Notes under the pieces: model-generated | Databases searched by the model: none | What the model was told of the DNA's origin: nothing | The model's input: the letters and a program-made list of their open reading frames with translations, nothing else | Translations under genes and position numbers: made by a program | Source of the DNA: Candidatus Altiarchaeota archaeon | Lineage (GTDB): Archaea > Altiarchaeota > Altiarchaeia > IMC4 > SCGC-AAA252-I15 | Direction of reading: 5' to 3' | Assembly: GCA_043813075.1 (NCBI GenBank) | Contig: JBDRLL010000041.1 | Span: 1 to 64,000, forward strand | DNA length: 64,000 bases | Part shown: positions 48,533-58,081 of the stretch, piece by piece | Numbering within the stretch: the stretch's first letter is position 1 | Layout: each line of letters begins with the position of its first letter

Positions 48533-48811
48533 TGGTGAACTAGGCTGGGGGGATAGGCGTCCCCTGTAACCTCAAACCGTCTTCATGGAGGGGCTGAAGC
48601 CTGGGAGGCGAGACATGAGCCCGGCTTTTGGTCTGGGCTCCAACAATGAATTCTCGTCTCACAGGACTGTGTGCTGTAGAAACCTGGTCAGGCCCGGGAG
48701 GGAGCAGCCATACCTATGGCGTTACGGTGCTTGTGAGGGTTCCGGGAACGAGGAAGAGTCCAGGTTAAACCAAGAGCCATGCTTATGACTCCACTCCCGG
48801 CGCGTTCACCA
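48533..48811 (+). ncRNA. Archaeal signal recognition particle 7S RNA
   Basis: Terminal helix TGGTGAAC/GTTCACCA; Alu-like 5' part (GGCTGGGGGG...CCCCTGTAACC); helix 8 GGTCAGGCCC-GGGA-GGGAGCAGCC; TATTTAAA at 48504-48511. Confidence 0.93.
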
Positions 48812-48826
48812 CAAGAGAGAATGGAT

Positions 48827-48994
48827 TTATCCTAGAACTATCTTGGATAGGAGCTCCAGAAACACGACTGCCACTGCGATACCGATTATTACTTTCGGGC
48901 TTACCTTAGGACCGCCCTCGTCAACGTCAAAGTAACGTATAAGACCCGCGCCCCCCATGGGACCCTCGCTCCTGTGCTTCTTCAATGACGGCAT
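48827..48994 (-). CDS. secG: Preprotein translocase subunit Sec61-beta (archaeal SecG), 55 aa
   Basis: Read by eye: GAGLIRYFD....PKVSP followed by a single TM helix. Confidence 0.92.
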   Translation of the reverse strand: MPSLKKHRSEGPMGGAGLIRYFDVDEGGPKVSPKVIIGIAVAVVFLELLSKIVLG

Positions 48995-49033
48995 TTTACC
49001 TGTTAATATGGTAATTCAGGGTTTAAAAGCCCC

Positions 49034-50074
49034 TTAGTCCATCCTGCAGGTGAGGCATAATTCTTTTTTACCCCACACACCTGGTTCTGAGTCGGTTACA
49101 GTCCAGTTAATGGTGAAACTACCCTGGAGGGATGATGAAGACTGCCATCGGCTAACTGGAATCCCTTCTTTGAAGCATATCCTGACTTTGTCGCTAAAGC
49201 CGTTATAGTTGAAGCACTCTCCGTCTAAAGTTAGTCTGTCATATCCTGCACGCTTTAAAACATCCCTCATCACGGGGATTGTGAATAGAGACGACATGTT
49301 TAGCCTGCGTTCGCCACAACTCACGTTAGTCAGGTTTGCGTTTCTTTCAATCACATCGCATAGACAAACGTCAACACCATCCTCCTTGTCGTAGTGCTGG
49401 TAGCAGTAGTAGTTTCCAGAATAGCCCCAGTACCTCTTGTCATAAATTAGCTCGATTACTTCACCATCCCTCACCCTCATGTCATAGTTTTGGAAACCTG
49501 ATGATCGGTGACCTCCTTTCATGCGAAAAACAACTGTGTACTCATTCAGGGTTTTGTTATCTTCGATTAGTTCCGTGAGTTCGTAGGCTAATACTTCTGA
49601 ATTGTTTGTGCACTCATCTATTTTCTTGAGGGCGTTCAACTCTGGGTCGGAGAACATGCCGCTGCTCGCCATAGAGTATATCAACCTGCACTTGTTGCCC
49701 AGGTCAAAACGGTAGAAGACTCCTGTCTTGTAGGGTATTGAAGCCTGTCTGCTTCCAATGTGTATCCTGCCTTCCTTATCAAGTCCTTTAAAGGTGAGTG
49801 AATACTCGTTCCTATCGTATGCCTCACTGTACGTTTTCGTTATACTGGTTAGTCTTCCGCCAACCCATATCGGCTTGCTGCCATTGGACGCCCACTCATC
49901 GCATTCCGCGGCGCCTACAGAATCTATGTTAGCGTCAAAGCTCTTTGAGAGTTCAAGACACAAATCAGACTTCAAAGTTGTTGAAGTAGAGTCTTGTATG
50001 ACATTAGTTGGCTGTGACACACACCCGCAAAAAAGCGAGAACATGAATGCAAAAAACAGTGTCTTGACTTTCAT
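49034..50074 (-). CDS. Cys-containing lipoprotein of unknown function
   Basis: MKVKTLFF...FCGC lipobox-like sequence; ATG 2 nt after the proS stop. Confidence 0.75.
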   Translation of the reverse strand: MKVKTLFFAFMFSLFCGCVSQPTNVIQDSTSTTLKSDLCLELSKSFDANIDSVGAAECDEWASNGSKPIWVGGRLTSITKTYSEAYDRNEYSLTFKGLDKEGRIHIGSRQASIPYKTGVFYRFDLGNKCRLIYSMASSGMFSDPELNALKKIDECTNNSEVLAYELTELIEDNKTLNEYTVVFRMKGGHRSSGFQNYDMRVRDGEVIELIYDKRYWGYSGNYYCYQHYDKEDGVDVCLCDVIERNANLTNVSCGERRLNMSSLFTIPVMRDVLKRAGYDRLTLDGECFNYNGFSDKVRICFKEGIPVSRWQSSSSLQGSFTINWTVTDSEPGVWGKKELCLTCRMD

Positions 50075-50076
50075 AT

Positions 50077-51477
50077 TCAGTAAGTCTTCGCGACCTTTAT
50101 CTTCTTTCCTTTTGCCCCGCATTTCGCGCATTCCATCTCGTCATCGCTCATCGAGAGGATTGTTGAGATTGATTCGATGGGCTTGGCACATTCCTTATCA
50201 CCGCACCATCCGGTCGTGATGATGCCCTTACCCATATTCTCCCGGACGTCATCCATGGTCTCGGCCTCGTATAGGCGTTCGTCGAACTTCTTCTGCGCTG
50301 CATACCTCATGCTGTCCTGAACGTCATCCAATGCTTGATTCAAGTCGAGTTCAGTCAAACCGACACTCTTCTTCTCCCCGTTATCCCTCCTGACGACCAC
50401 AACCTTGCCCTCCTTCATGTCCCTGGGCCCTGCCTCAATCCTCAATGGAACACCCTTCTTCTCCCATTTGAAGAACTTGTCTCCAGGACGCTCACCGCCC
50501 CTGTCAACCACGTACCTGACGCCACTCTTCCTCAGTTTATCCTCTATCTTGCCGACGTAGGCCATCACCTCGTCCCTACCGGTTTCCTTGAACAGTATTG
50601 GAACTACGACAACCTGTATGGGGGCGACCTTAGGAGGCAGAGCAAGACCCTTCTCGTCGCCGTGGACGGAGATGACTGCCGCGAGAAGCCTGCCGAAGCC
50701 TGGGCCGTATGAAGTCTGCCATGCGTGATGCTTCTTACCGTCCTCGTCGTCGTAGCTGAGGTCGAACACCTTGCTGAAGTGCTGGCCAAGGTTGTGTATC
50801 GTCGCAAGCTGCATGGTCCTCCCGTCAGGCATGATTGTCTCGAAGGCTATGGTGTATTCCGCGCCAGGGAACTTGTCCCAGTCAGGACGCTGGTTGACTT
50901 GAACAGGGATGCAGAGAAGCTCGTTTATTAGCCTACCGTATATACCCTTGATTGTCTCTATGTTCTCCAACGCCCCCTCCCGCGTAGCGAATGCCGTGTG
51001 GCCTTCATTCCACGCAATCTCCCTGCTCCTGATTAACGGTCTGGTGTGCTTGGTCTCGTACCGGTAGACGCACACTGTCTGGTGTATCTTGATTGGCAGG
51101 TCGGCATGGGTCCTTGTCCATAAAGCGAACATCGGGTACATGCACGTCTCGCTTGTTGGGCGTAGAGCCATCTTCCGCTCCAGCTGGTTCGCGCCTGCGT
51201 GTGTTATCCAGTAGACTTCATCCTCGAAGCCGGCGATATGCTCGGTCTCCTTGGCGAGCAGGTCCTCTGGTATCGCGACAGGGAAGAGCATGGGGTCGTG
51301 GCCGTCCTCCTCCAGAAGGTCCTCCAGGAACCTCTGCATCACACGGATTATCTTCATGCCGTAGCCGCGGTAGACTGGCATGCCCTTCACGGGATACCGT
51401 GTGTCGACGACCTCGTTCTCCTCCAGCATACGATGATACCATTCAGAGAACTCAGTCAAATCCTCATCATCACCCAT
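50077..51477 (-). CDS. proS: Proline--tRNA ligase, archaeal/eukaryotic type
   Basis: ALRPTSE, YRYETK.TRPLIR.RE, HNLGQ.F, VAPIQVVVVP, C-terminal AKTY. Confidence 0.97.
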   Translation of the reverse strand: MGDDEDLTEFSEWYHRMLEENEVVDTRYPVKGMPVYRGYGMKIIRVMQRFLEDLLEEDGHDPMLFPVAIPEDLLAKETEHIAGFEDEVYWITHAGANQLERKMALRPTSETCMYPMFALWTRTHADLPIKIHQTVCVYRYETKHTRPLIRSREIAWNEGHTAFATREGALENIETIKGIYGRLINELLCIPVQVNQRPDWDKFPGAEYTIAFETIMPDGRTMQLATIHNLGQHFSKVFDLSYDDEDGKKHHAWQTSYGPGFGRLLAAVISVHGDEKGLALPPKVAPIQVVVVPILFKETGRDEVMAYVGKIEDKLRKSGVRYVVDRGGERPGDKFFKWEKKGVPLRIEAGPRDMKEGKVVVVRRDNGEKKSVGLTELDLNQALDDVQDSMRYAAQKKFDERLYEAETMDDVRENMGKGIITTGWCGDKECAKPIESISTILSMSDDEMECAKCGAKGKKIKVAKTY

Positions 51478-51515
51478 AGACTAGTATTATACCATAAAAG
51501 TTAAAATAAGGGTTT

Positions 51516-53033
51516 ATGCGCTGGAGGGATGAGTTGACGGCGGCAACCGCCGTAATTATCCTAACACTGATAATAGGCACACCGAGCCTGACGTATATCC
51601 TCGACATAGACCATGGAGAACACGCGTATGTCGCATCAGCATACCTGAGGGGGAAGACCATATACACAGACGTCTTCTTCGTAAGAACGCCATTGAATTA
51701 CATCATATACGCCGTTTCAGAGGTACTCTTCGGCCATTCAATGATGTCGATAAGGCTGTTCGACATCATATGGCAGTGCGCCACCGCCCTAAGCATACTC
51801 GCACTCACAAACCGTTTCTACGGGCGCAAGTATGCGGGCATTATCTCCGCATTCATATACGTACTGCTGTACTACTCGAATAAGTATGCGGATACTGCGC
51901 AGGCGGACGGCTTCACCACACTCCCGGTGACCCTCGCCCTGCTGGCGTACGTTCACGCAAAGAAGTCTGACAGGCCATGGACATGGGTTTTATGCGGTAT
52001 GCTCCTTGGGACGGCATTCACCATCAAGTACCCGATAGCGGTATTAGTCCTGATACTACTTGCGTTCATGACAAGGAGGGAGGGGCCTGGGGATTGGCCC
52101 AAACGCGTATCATGGATGATTGCAGGGTTCTGCGTGCCGCCGCTTCTAATGACCGCATCCCTTGCGGCAGAAGGTTCGCTCTACGACTTCCTGTTCATAC
52201 AATACTATCACATCAAAGGCTACAGTTCAGAGACTGTGACCCTTAGGATAGCATTAATACTCTATTTCGCACTAACCTGGATGCCGTTCAACCTGGTGCC
52301 GCTATACGAGGCATACTCGCTGAGGAGCAGGAAATCCTCCACAAGCCAGTACTTGATATTGTTCTGGTGGATTGCGGGACTCGCCCACATGATAGTCCAG
52401 AATAAATTCCTCCTGTATCACAGGCTGCCCATGATAGCGCCACTGTCGATCATCACAGCCCGCATACTGATCGAGATGTACGGATACTACACGATTCACG
52501 CACCCAAAGTCAGGATAGTCTTCTTAAGCATACTGCTGATCGCAGGCTACAACATTTACGTGAAGCTAGGCCACAACGACTCGCTGACAGACTTCACTGA
52601 CCTGATGCTCCAGAGGAGAGACCTCAACAGCATATACATGGAATCCGAGTTCGGGAAAAAAGGCATAATGAACGTGTCAGACTACATCAGGGAAAACTCG
52701 ATGCCTGACGACACGATAATCGTGTGGGGCTTTAACGCGGGCATATACTTCCTCTCCGAAAGGGAGTGCGCGTCAAGATTCCCGTTCAACTACCCGCTCT
52801 ACGGGAGATATGACTACACAGATGGATTCCGGGAACAGTATATCAGGGAATTAGAAGAAAACCGACCATCACACATAGTGATCATGAGAAACGACTCCAT
52901 GCCACTGCTTGTGATGACAGACGAGGACTCCTTCCATGCGTTCCTCGAATTCAAGGAATTCCACGACTTCACGACAGAGAACTATGACAGGAAGAGGGAG
53001 ATAAATGACTTCATCATATACGAGAGGAAGTGA
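51516..53033 (+). CDS. GT-C membrane glycosyltransferase (PMT/ArnT-like)
   Basis: D.G..AY......G...Y.D.F....P after TM1; multiple TM helices; YIREN..PDD.I.VWG C-domain. Confidence 0.8.
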   Translation: MRWRDELTAATAVIILTLIIGTPSLTYILDIDHGEHAYVASAYLRGKTIYTDVFFVRTPLNYIIYAVSEVLFGHSMMSIRLFDIIWQCATALSILALTNRFYGRKYAGIISAFIYVLLYYSNKYADTAQADGFTTLPVTLALLAYVHAKKSDRPWTWVLCGMLLGTAFTIKYPIAVLVLILLAFMTRREGPGDWPKRVSWMIAGFCVPPLLMTASLAAEGSLYDFLFIQYYHIKGYSSETVTLRIALILYFALTWMPFNLVPLYEAYSLRSRKSSTSQYLILFWWIAGLAHMIVQNKFLLYHRLPMIAPLSIITARILIEMYGYYTIHAPKVRIVFLSILLIAGYNIYVKLGHNDSLTDFTDLMLQRRDLNSIYMESEFGKKGIMNVSDYIRENSMPDDTIIVWGFNAGIYFLSERECASRFPFNYPLYGRYDYTDGFREQYIRELEENRPSHIVIMRNDSMPLLVMTDEDSFHAFLEFKEFHDFTTENYDRKREINDFIIYERK

Positions 53034-53044
53034 GCGAGAGTGCT

Positions 53045-53076
53045 GCGGCGGCCGCACCTCCTTAAGCGGCCGCCGC
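53045..53076. terminator. Perfect 11-bp GC hairpin between convergent genes
   Basis: GCGGCGGCCGC-ACCTCCTTAA-GCGGCCGCCGC; terminator role is an inference. Confidence 0.5.
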
Positions 53077-53100
53077 GTTCTCTGGGGCCTCGTCAACGCC

Positions 53101-53256
53101 TCACCCTTTATGAGCCTGTGAATCGGATAGGTTCTTTAGCTGCCTGACTGCGTCGCTCAGGCTGGGTCGCTCTATCCCTTCCCTGATGCACTGGTTCTTC
53201 GCCCAGAGGAGTATCTTATGGGCGTTCTCGTCGATAGAGATGTTTTTCACTCGCAA
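53101..53256 (-). CDS. Unannotated 51-aa ribbon-helix-helix protein (VapB/DUF217-like)
   Basis: Read by eye: KNISIDENAHKIL...K...PSLSDAVRQL strand-helix-helix pattern; SD GAGGT; TTG start (or GTG at 53250). Confidence 0.7.
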   Translation of the reverse strand: MRVKNISIDENAHKILLWAKNQCIREGIERPSLSDAVRQLKNLSDSQAHKG

Positions 53257-53372
53257 ATAACCTCGTAAAATGACTTGTAGAATTATTTGTATTTAGACTT
53301 TAAAAATACATTGTAAAATACACGGATAACTGGCGGGCAGTATTTTGTGTTGCGCGTGCTGGAGGATAGCCT

Positions 53373-53591
53373 CTAGAACTTGATTATTCCAGATACACGG
53401 ATTATCTTGAGGATTATGAACAGCGAGATTGCTGCGAAAAACACCTTTACCACCCCTGAAAGCAGATTGTCGATGAAGAGGATGCGCGGGTCGAAGGACA
53501 GTTTGTCATGGGAGTAGATGATTATGATAAAGGATACTATGAAGACATAAAACACTAGTATTATTATTTTGTCTCCTAAATCATTAACCAT
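53373..53591 (-). CDS. Small two-TM membrane protein, 72 aa
   Basis: 3' part of track ORF 53373..53846, taken from MVNDLGD; strongly hydrophobic. Confidence 0.55.
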   Translation of the reverse strand: MVNDLGDKIIILVFYVFIVSFIIIIYSHDKLSFDPRILFIDNLLSGVVKVFFAAISLFIILKIIRVSGIIKF

Positions 53592-53600
53592 AGATGAGAT

Positions 53601-54308
53601 ATGGAGATTAAGGTAAAAAGCCTTCTTGACGGGGCTAAAGAGGCCGCAGGCCTTACGGTGATGATAGACGTCTTCAGGGCATTCACCACGGCAGCGTACG
53701 TCATGAACAACAATGCGGACAGGATCATGCCGGTCGGCGGTGTTGAGAACTCTTTCAGGATAAAGAAGGAGAATCCGGACTACATCCTCATGGGAGAGAG
53801 AAAAGGGGTTAAGATAGATGGATTCGACTACGGCAACTCGCCTCACGCCATAAGAGATGTGGACTTCACAGGCAAGACTGTGATACTGACGACCAGCGCA
53901 GGCACACAGGGGATAGTGAATGCCGAAAACGCGGACGAGATAATACTCGGGAATTTCGTTTGCATGAAGGCGATAATAGGATACATAAGGAAGTCCGACT
54001 CCAGGGTGGTGACGCTCGTCCCACTAGGACACTTCGGTATGGTGAAGAACGACGAGGACGAGATGTGCGCCAGTTACATGAAGAAATCGCTTGAAGGTAG
54101 GGAACCTGACTTCAATGAGGTCAAGGAATGCATCAGAGCATCCAAAAGCGGTTCAAGATTCTTTGACGACACAAAACCGGAATTCCCACAGGAAGACTTC
54201 GAATTATCCATGGACTTGAACAGATTCGACTTCGTGCTGAAGGTGATGAAGACTGACGAAGGTGAGAGGATAATAAAGAAGGTGGAGGTAAGCGAGCTTA
54301 CTTCCTGA
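53601..54308 (+). CDS. comB: 2-phosphosulfolactate phosphatase family
   Basis: [33 protein letters not shown]. Confidence 0.92.
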   Translation: MEIKVKSLLDGAKEAAGLTVMIDVFRAFTTAAYVMNNNADRIMPVGGVENSFRIKKENPDYILMGERKGVKIDGFDYGNSPHAIRDVDFTGKTVILTTSAGTQGIVNAENADEIILGNFVCMKAIIGYIRKSDSRVVTLVPLGHFGMVKNDEDEMCASYMKKSLEGREPDFNEVKECIRASKSGSRFFDDTKPEFPQEDFELSMDLNRFDFVLKVMKTDEGERIIKKVEVSELTS

Positions 54309-55278
54309 ACATCTTCCTAAGCTCCTTGCCGACGGTCTCCACCAGCAGAAGCTTGTCTCTCCCACGCATCTCCCTGAGCTTCTCCTGACCGGACTCGCAC
54401 TCTGAAACCCATTCCTCAGCGAACTTGTCGGACCGAATCTCCTCCAGAATCTTTTTCATCTCCTCACGGGTAGCCTTGGTGATTATCCTCGGCCCGCGCG
54501 TCCTCCCGCCATACTCGGCAGTGTTTGAAACGCACTTCCACATGTATTCAAGACCATCCTGGTATATCAAGTCGGTTATAAGCTTTAGCTCGTGGAGCGT
54601 CTCGAAATACGCTATCTCCGGCTGATACCCTGCCTCGACGATGGTGTCGAATGAAGCCTTAATCAACTCCGAGACACCGCCGCACAAGTCCACCTGCTCT
54701 CCGAACAAGTCCGTCTCAGTCTCCTCAGTGAAGGTGGTCTCCAAGACGCCGGCCCTGGTCGCGCCAAGAGCCTTTGCGATGGCTAGTATCGTGTCCTTCG
54801 CATTCCCAGTGTAATCCTGTTCAACGGCAATCAACGCTGGAGTCCCGAAACCGTCCTGATACGTCTCCCTGACACGTATTCCAGGAGCCTTAGGGGCAAC
54901 CATGATGACGTCAATGTTAGCTGGAGGCTTTATCCTCTTGAAGCGTATATTGAAGCCGTGACTGAACATCAATGCGTCACCCTCCTTCAGCCCAGGCGCT
55001 ATCTCAGAGTCATATACCTTGGCCTGGACTTCATCAGGAAGCAGGATGTGGACTATGTCCGCCTTCTCCGCAGCCTCCCTTATGGGATAGACCTTGAAGC
55101 CCGCCTTCTCCGCCTTCTCCGCGGAAGCGTCTTTTATGGAACCTATTATGACATTCAGCCCGGAATCCCTCATGTTCAAAGCCTGGGCAGACCCCTGGTT
55201 CCCATATCCTATGATTGCAATAGTCTTGTCCTTGAGCACGCTTAAGTCAGCGTCTTCTTCGTAATATACCTTCGCCAC
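54298..55278 (-). CDS. ilvC: Ketol-acid reductoisomerase
   Basis: [44 protein letters not shown]. Confidence 0.97.
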   Translation of the reverse strand: MAKVYYEEDADLSVLKDKTIAIIGYGNQGSAQALNMRDSGLNVIIGSIKDASAEKAEKAGFKVYPIREAAEKADIVHILLPDEVQAKVYDSEIAPGLKEGDALMFSHGFNIRFKRIKPPANIDVIMVAPKAPGIRVRETYQDGFGTPALIAVEQDYTGNAKDTILAIAKALGATRAGVLETTFTEETETDLFGEQVDLCGGVSELIKASFDTIVEAGYQPEIAYFETLHELKLITDLIYQDGLEYMWKCVSNTAEYGGRTRGPRIITKATREEMKKILEEIRSDKFAEEWVSECESGQEKLREMRGRDKLLLVETVGKELRKMFRK

Positions 55279-55336
55279 CTCAGATCACCCTTGAAAATGG
55301 TTTTAAGTTATGGGAAGAGCGCATAAAAACGTTAGG

Positions 55337-55636
55337 TCACCTGCGTCTCCTGTTGAATTTGAACCTTCTGCGGTCTTTTATGGCCAGACTACCGCCGCCG
55401 GCAGTCCTGAACTTGCGGGAATGGTCGAGTATCCCCAGAAGATGCTTCGCGTCCGAGAGCTTCTCACTGTCCCCGGAATCCGCGTAGTCCGACAGGAGGC
55501 CGTTTATCTTCTGTAGATGATAGTCGCCCTTGTAGCGTTTCGCGAACTTGACGCACAACTGGACTCCCTTCTCATCGCTCTCGCCGAAAGCCTCCATTAT
55601 CTCCTCAATCACGCTGTGGCTTGCGTTCATCATCAA
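55337..55636 (-). CDS. Hypothetical 99-aa helical protein with basic C-terminus
   Basis: Overlaps the CBS gene stop by 4 nt. Confidence 0.7.
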   Translation of the reverse strand: MMMNASHSVIEEIMEAFGESDEKGVQLCVKFAKRYKGDYHLQKINGLLSDYADSGDSEKLSDAKHLLGILDHSRKFRTAGGGSLAIKDRRRFKFNRRRR

Positions 55637-56052
55637 TGCTTGCGGGTCATGCGAGACCCCACTTCAAACCTGAAGAGCCGGTCCACGACCGTCTTCTTTA
55701 TCACACCCACAATCTTGCCTTTGGAGTCGACCATGACAACCCTGTTGGTGGTAGTGTTCTTCAGAGCCTCCAATACTTCCCCGACGTCCGCATTCTTGTC
55801 GACCTTGACTAGCGGCTCCAGCTTCAAGTCACTGACCTTCAGCTGGGTCACGTTAACCCCGCTCCCTATGGCCCTAAATATCATGGAGTCGGTAACCATG
55901 CCTATGTACTCTCCATTAGCGTCCTTCACAAGAGCAGAACCGACGTTCTCATCCTCGAATATCTTGGCGAGAGACGTCATCGGGTCTGACAGCCTGCAAT
56001 AAATCAGTTTTTTCCTCGCGTATTCAAACGGCATCCTCATCTGCGTCATCAT
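55633..56052 (-). CDS. CBS-pair domain protein
   Basis: VGSALV.D..G..IGMVTD and R.V.VD..G.IVG.I motifs. Confidence 0.85.
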   Translation of the reverse strand: MMTQMRMPFEYARKKLIYCRLSDPMTSLAKIFEDENVGSALVKDANGEYIGMVTDSMIFRAIGSGVNVTQLKVSDLKLEPLVKVDKNADVGEVLEALKNTTTNRVVMVDSKGKIVGVIKKTVVDRLFRFEVGSRMTRKH

Positions 56053-56702
56053 TAACCCCCCATCTTTTTACGTTTAATCATCTTAAGCCTGAAGAACCCC
56101 TCACGCTCCCTCTCGTCAAGACGCATGTCGATATACTTCATTGTCGCCTTGATCCGCGGTATTACCCTGTATTCAAGAGCGTTGACCCTGCGCTTCGTCT
56201 TCTTAGTCTCCGCAGACAAAGCCCTCAAGGTGCTCTCAACCCCAGCCAGCTCCACGAGATCCTCCAACAGCCGCTCATAGGCCAGTGAAGTGGAGTCTGC
56301 GACAGGATGGCTGAGCATCATGCCATACCCCCTTGACTCAGCATCCCTGACTGAATCGGTTAGAGAAAGGCTGTCTATGCGGATGCCCATGATATTCTTT
56401 GAATCGCATTTCACAGCCAGGTCCCTGCCAATGGAAAGGGAGTATGACGCCATCTCACTCGGGCCGACAATGGATTCCGCGGCATTATACATGCGGTGGG
56501 CGTTGTGCAGGTTGTCTGAAGTCCGCGACACGACATTGTCAGCGTCACGGGCGGTATTCATGAACTCCACCATCAATGCATCACGCTTCTCCTTCAGAAG
56601 GCGGTAACCCTTGTCAGCGAGCCTAAGCTTGTGCTTAAGCCTCAGCAACTCCATCCTCGTCGGATGAACCCCCTCTATTATCTCCTCATTCATTCCTATC
56701 AC
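56052..56702 (-). CDS. atpD: A/V-type ATPase subunit D
   Basis: [27 protein letters not shown]. Confidence 0.97.
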   Translation of the reverse strand: MIGMNEEIIEGVHPTRMELLRLKHKLRLADKGYRLLKEKRDALMVEFMNTARDADNVVSRTSDNLHNAHRMYNAAESIVGPSEMASYSLSIGRDLAVKCDSKNIMGIRIDSLSLTDSVRDAESRGYGMMLSHPVADSTSLAYERLLEDLVELAGVESTLRALSAETKKTKRRVNALEYRVIPRIKATMKYIDMRLDEREREGFFRLKMIKRKKMGG

Positions 56703-58081
56703 TTACGGTGGGCTGGATGGAATTCCTCCAGAATCTTCGGGTCAACACGCTTAAGATCCCTCTCAGGCAACACTGTGAGAAGATCCCATCCAAGCTCAAG
56801 AGTATCCTCGATAGAACGGTCCTCATCACGGTCCTGCGACAGGAACTCACCCTCAAAACGGTCAGTGAACTCGAGGAACTTATGATCGCGCGTAGTCAAA
56901 GCCTCCTCGCCCACTACAGCCACAAGATCCTTCAGGTCACGGCCCTCAGCGTAAACCGCATACAACTGGTTGGAGACTGCGAAATGATCCTTTCTCGTCC
57001 GGCCCTCACCAATCCCATTGTTCATCAACCTGGATAGTGAGGGTAAAACGTCCACTGGCGGGTATATCCCCTTCCGGTGTAGGGGACGGGAGAGCACGAA
57101 CTGCCCTTCAGTGATGTACCCCGTCAAGTCGGGTATGGGATGCGTGATGTCGTCGTCAGGCATCGTCAGTATCGGAAGCTGGGTTATGGACCCCTTCTTG
57201 CCGCGTATCTTTCCCGCGCGCTCATACATTGAAGCCAGGTCAGTGTACATGTACCCGGGATACCCGCGCCTGCCTGGAACCTCCTCCCTAGCAGCACCAA
57301 CCTGCCTTAAAGCCTCGCAGTAGTTGGTCATGTCAGTCAGTATCACAAGAACCTGGTATTCCTGGTCGAACGCAAGGTATTCAGCACACGTTAACGCAAG
57401 CCTCGGCGTGATTAGCCTCTCGATGGCAGGATCGTTCGCCAGGTTAAGGAAGCTGACTATCCTGCCTGAAGACCCGCTGGACTCGAAGCTGCGCCTGAAG
57501 AACACAGCCTCATCATGGGTTATACCCATGGCCGCGAAAACAACCGCGAAATCCTCCTCCTTACCCAACACCTTAGCCTGCCTGGCAATCTGCGCGGCCA
57601 GGTCATTGTGGGGAAGACCGGATGCCGAGAATATAGGCAGCTTCTGACCCCTGACGAGAGTGTTCATGCCATCGATACTTGACACCCCAGTCTGTATGAA
57701 GTCCCGGGGATACTCCCTGGCTGAAGGGTTGAGCGGCATCCCATTCACATCCCTCCTGTCTTCAGGAGTCAAATCCCCCATCTTGTCTATCGGCCTGCCG
57801 GCGCCATCGAAGACGCGGCCCATCATGTCCGCGGACACTGGTAGCATGAGGGTTTCGCCCAGGAACTTTACTGTAGTCTCCTTGGTGTCCAACCCGGAGG
57901 TGGATTCGAAAACCTGCACAACCGCCTTGTTCTCGTAGGCGTCAAGCACCTGGCCCATCTTCCTGTTGCCCGCAGGGTCGGTTATCTCAACCACTTCACC
58001 GTATCGTATTCCCTTAGTCTTCTCAATCACCATCAGCGGACCCTTCACCTGGCTCACAGTCTTGTATTCTATGACAGTCAT
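56699..58081 (-). CDS. atpB: A/V-type ATPase subunit B
   Basis: [36 protein letters not shown]. Confidence 0.98.
   Translation of the reverse strand: MTVIEYKTVSQVKGPLMVIEKTKGIRYGEVVEITDPAGNRKMGQVLDAYENKAVVQVFESTSGLDTKETTVKFLGETLMLPVSADMMGRVFDGAGRPIDKMGDLTPEDRRDVNGMPLNPSAREYPRDFIQTGVSSIDGMNTLVRGQKLPIFSASGLPHNDLAAQIARQAKVLGKEEDFAVVFAAMGITHDEAVFFRRSFESSGSSGRIVSFLNLANDPAIERLITPRLALTCAEYLAFDQEYQVLVILTDMTNYCEALRQVGAAREEVPGRRGYPGYMYTDLASMYERAGKIRGKKGSITQLPILTMPDDDITHPIPDLTGYITEGQFVLSRPLHRKGIYPPVDVLPSLSRLMNNGIGEGRTRKDHFAVSNQLYAVYAEGRDLKDLVAVVGEEALTTRDHKFLEFTDRFEGEFLSQDRDEDRSIEDTLELGWDLLTVLPERDLKRVDPKILEEFHPAHRK

Noticed and set aside
50075-50131. N-terminal extension of the lipoprotein ORF
   Set aside because: It overlaps the proS 3' end; the signal peptide begins at the ATG at 50074.
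52869-53096. 75-aa minus-strand ORF after the RHH gene as a candidate toxin
   Set aside because: It runs through the hairpin and is mostly antisense to the GT-C gene, with no PIN or RelE motif. A truncated remnant cannot be excluded.
53601-54308. comB as evidence for coenzyme M synthesis
   Set aside because: No other com genes are in the window, and ComB-family phosphatases are widespread outside methanogens.
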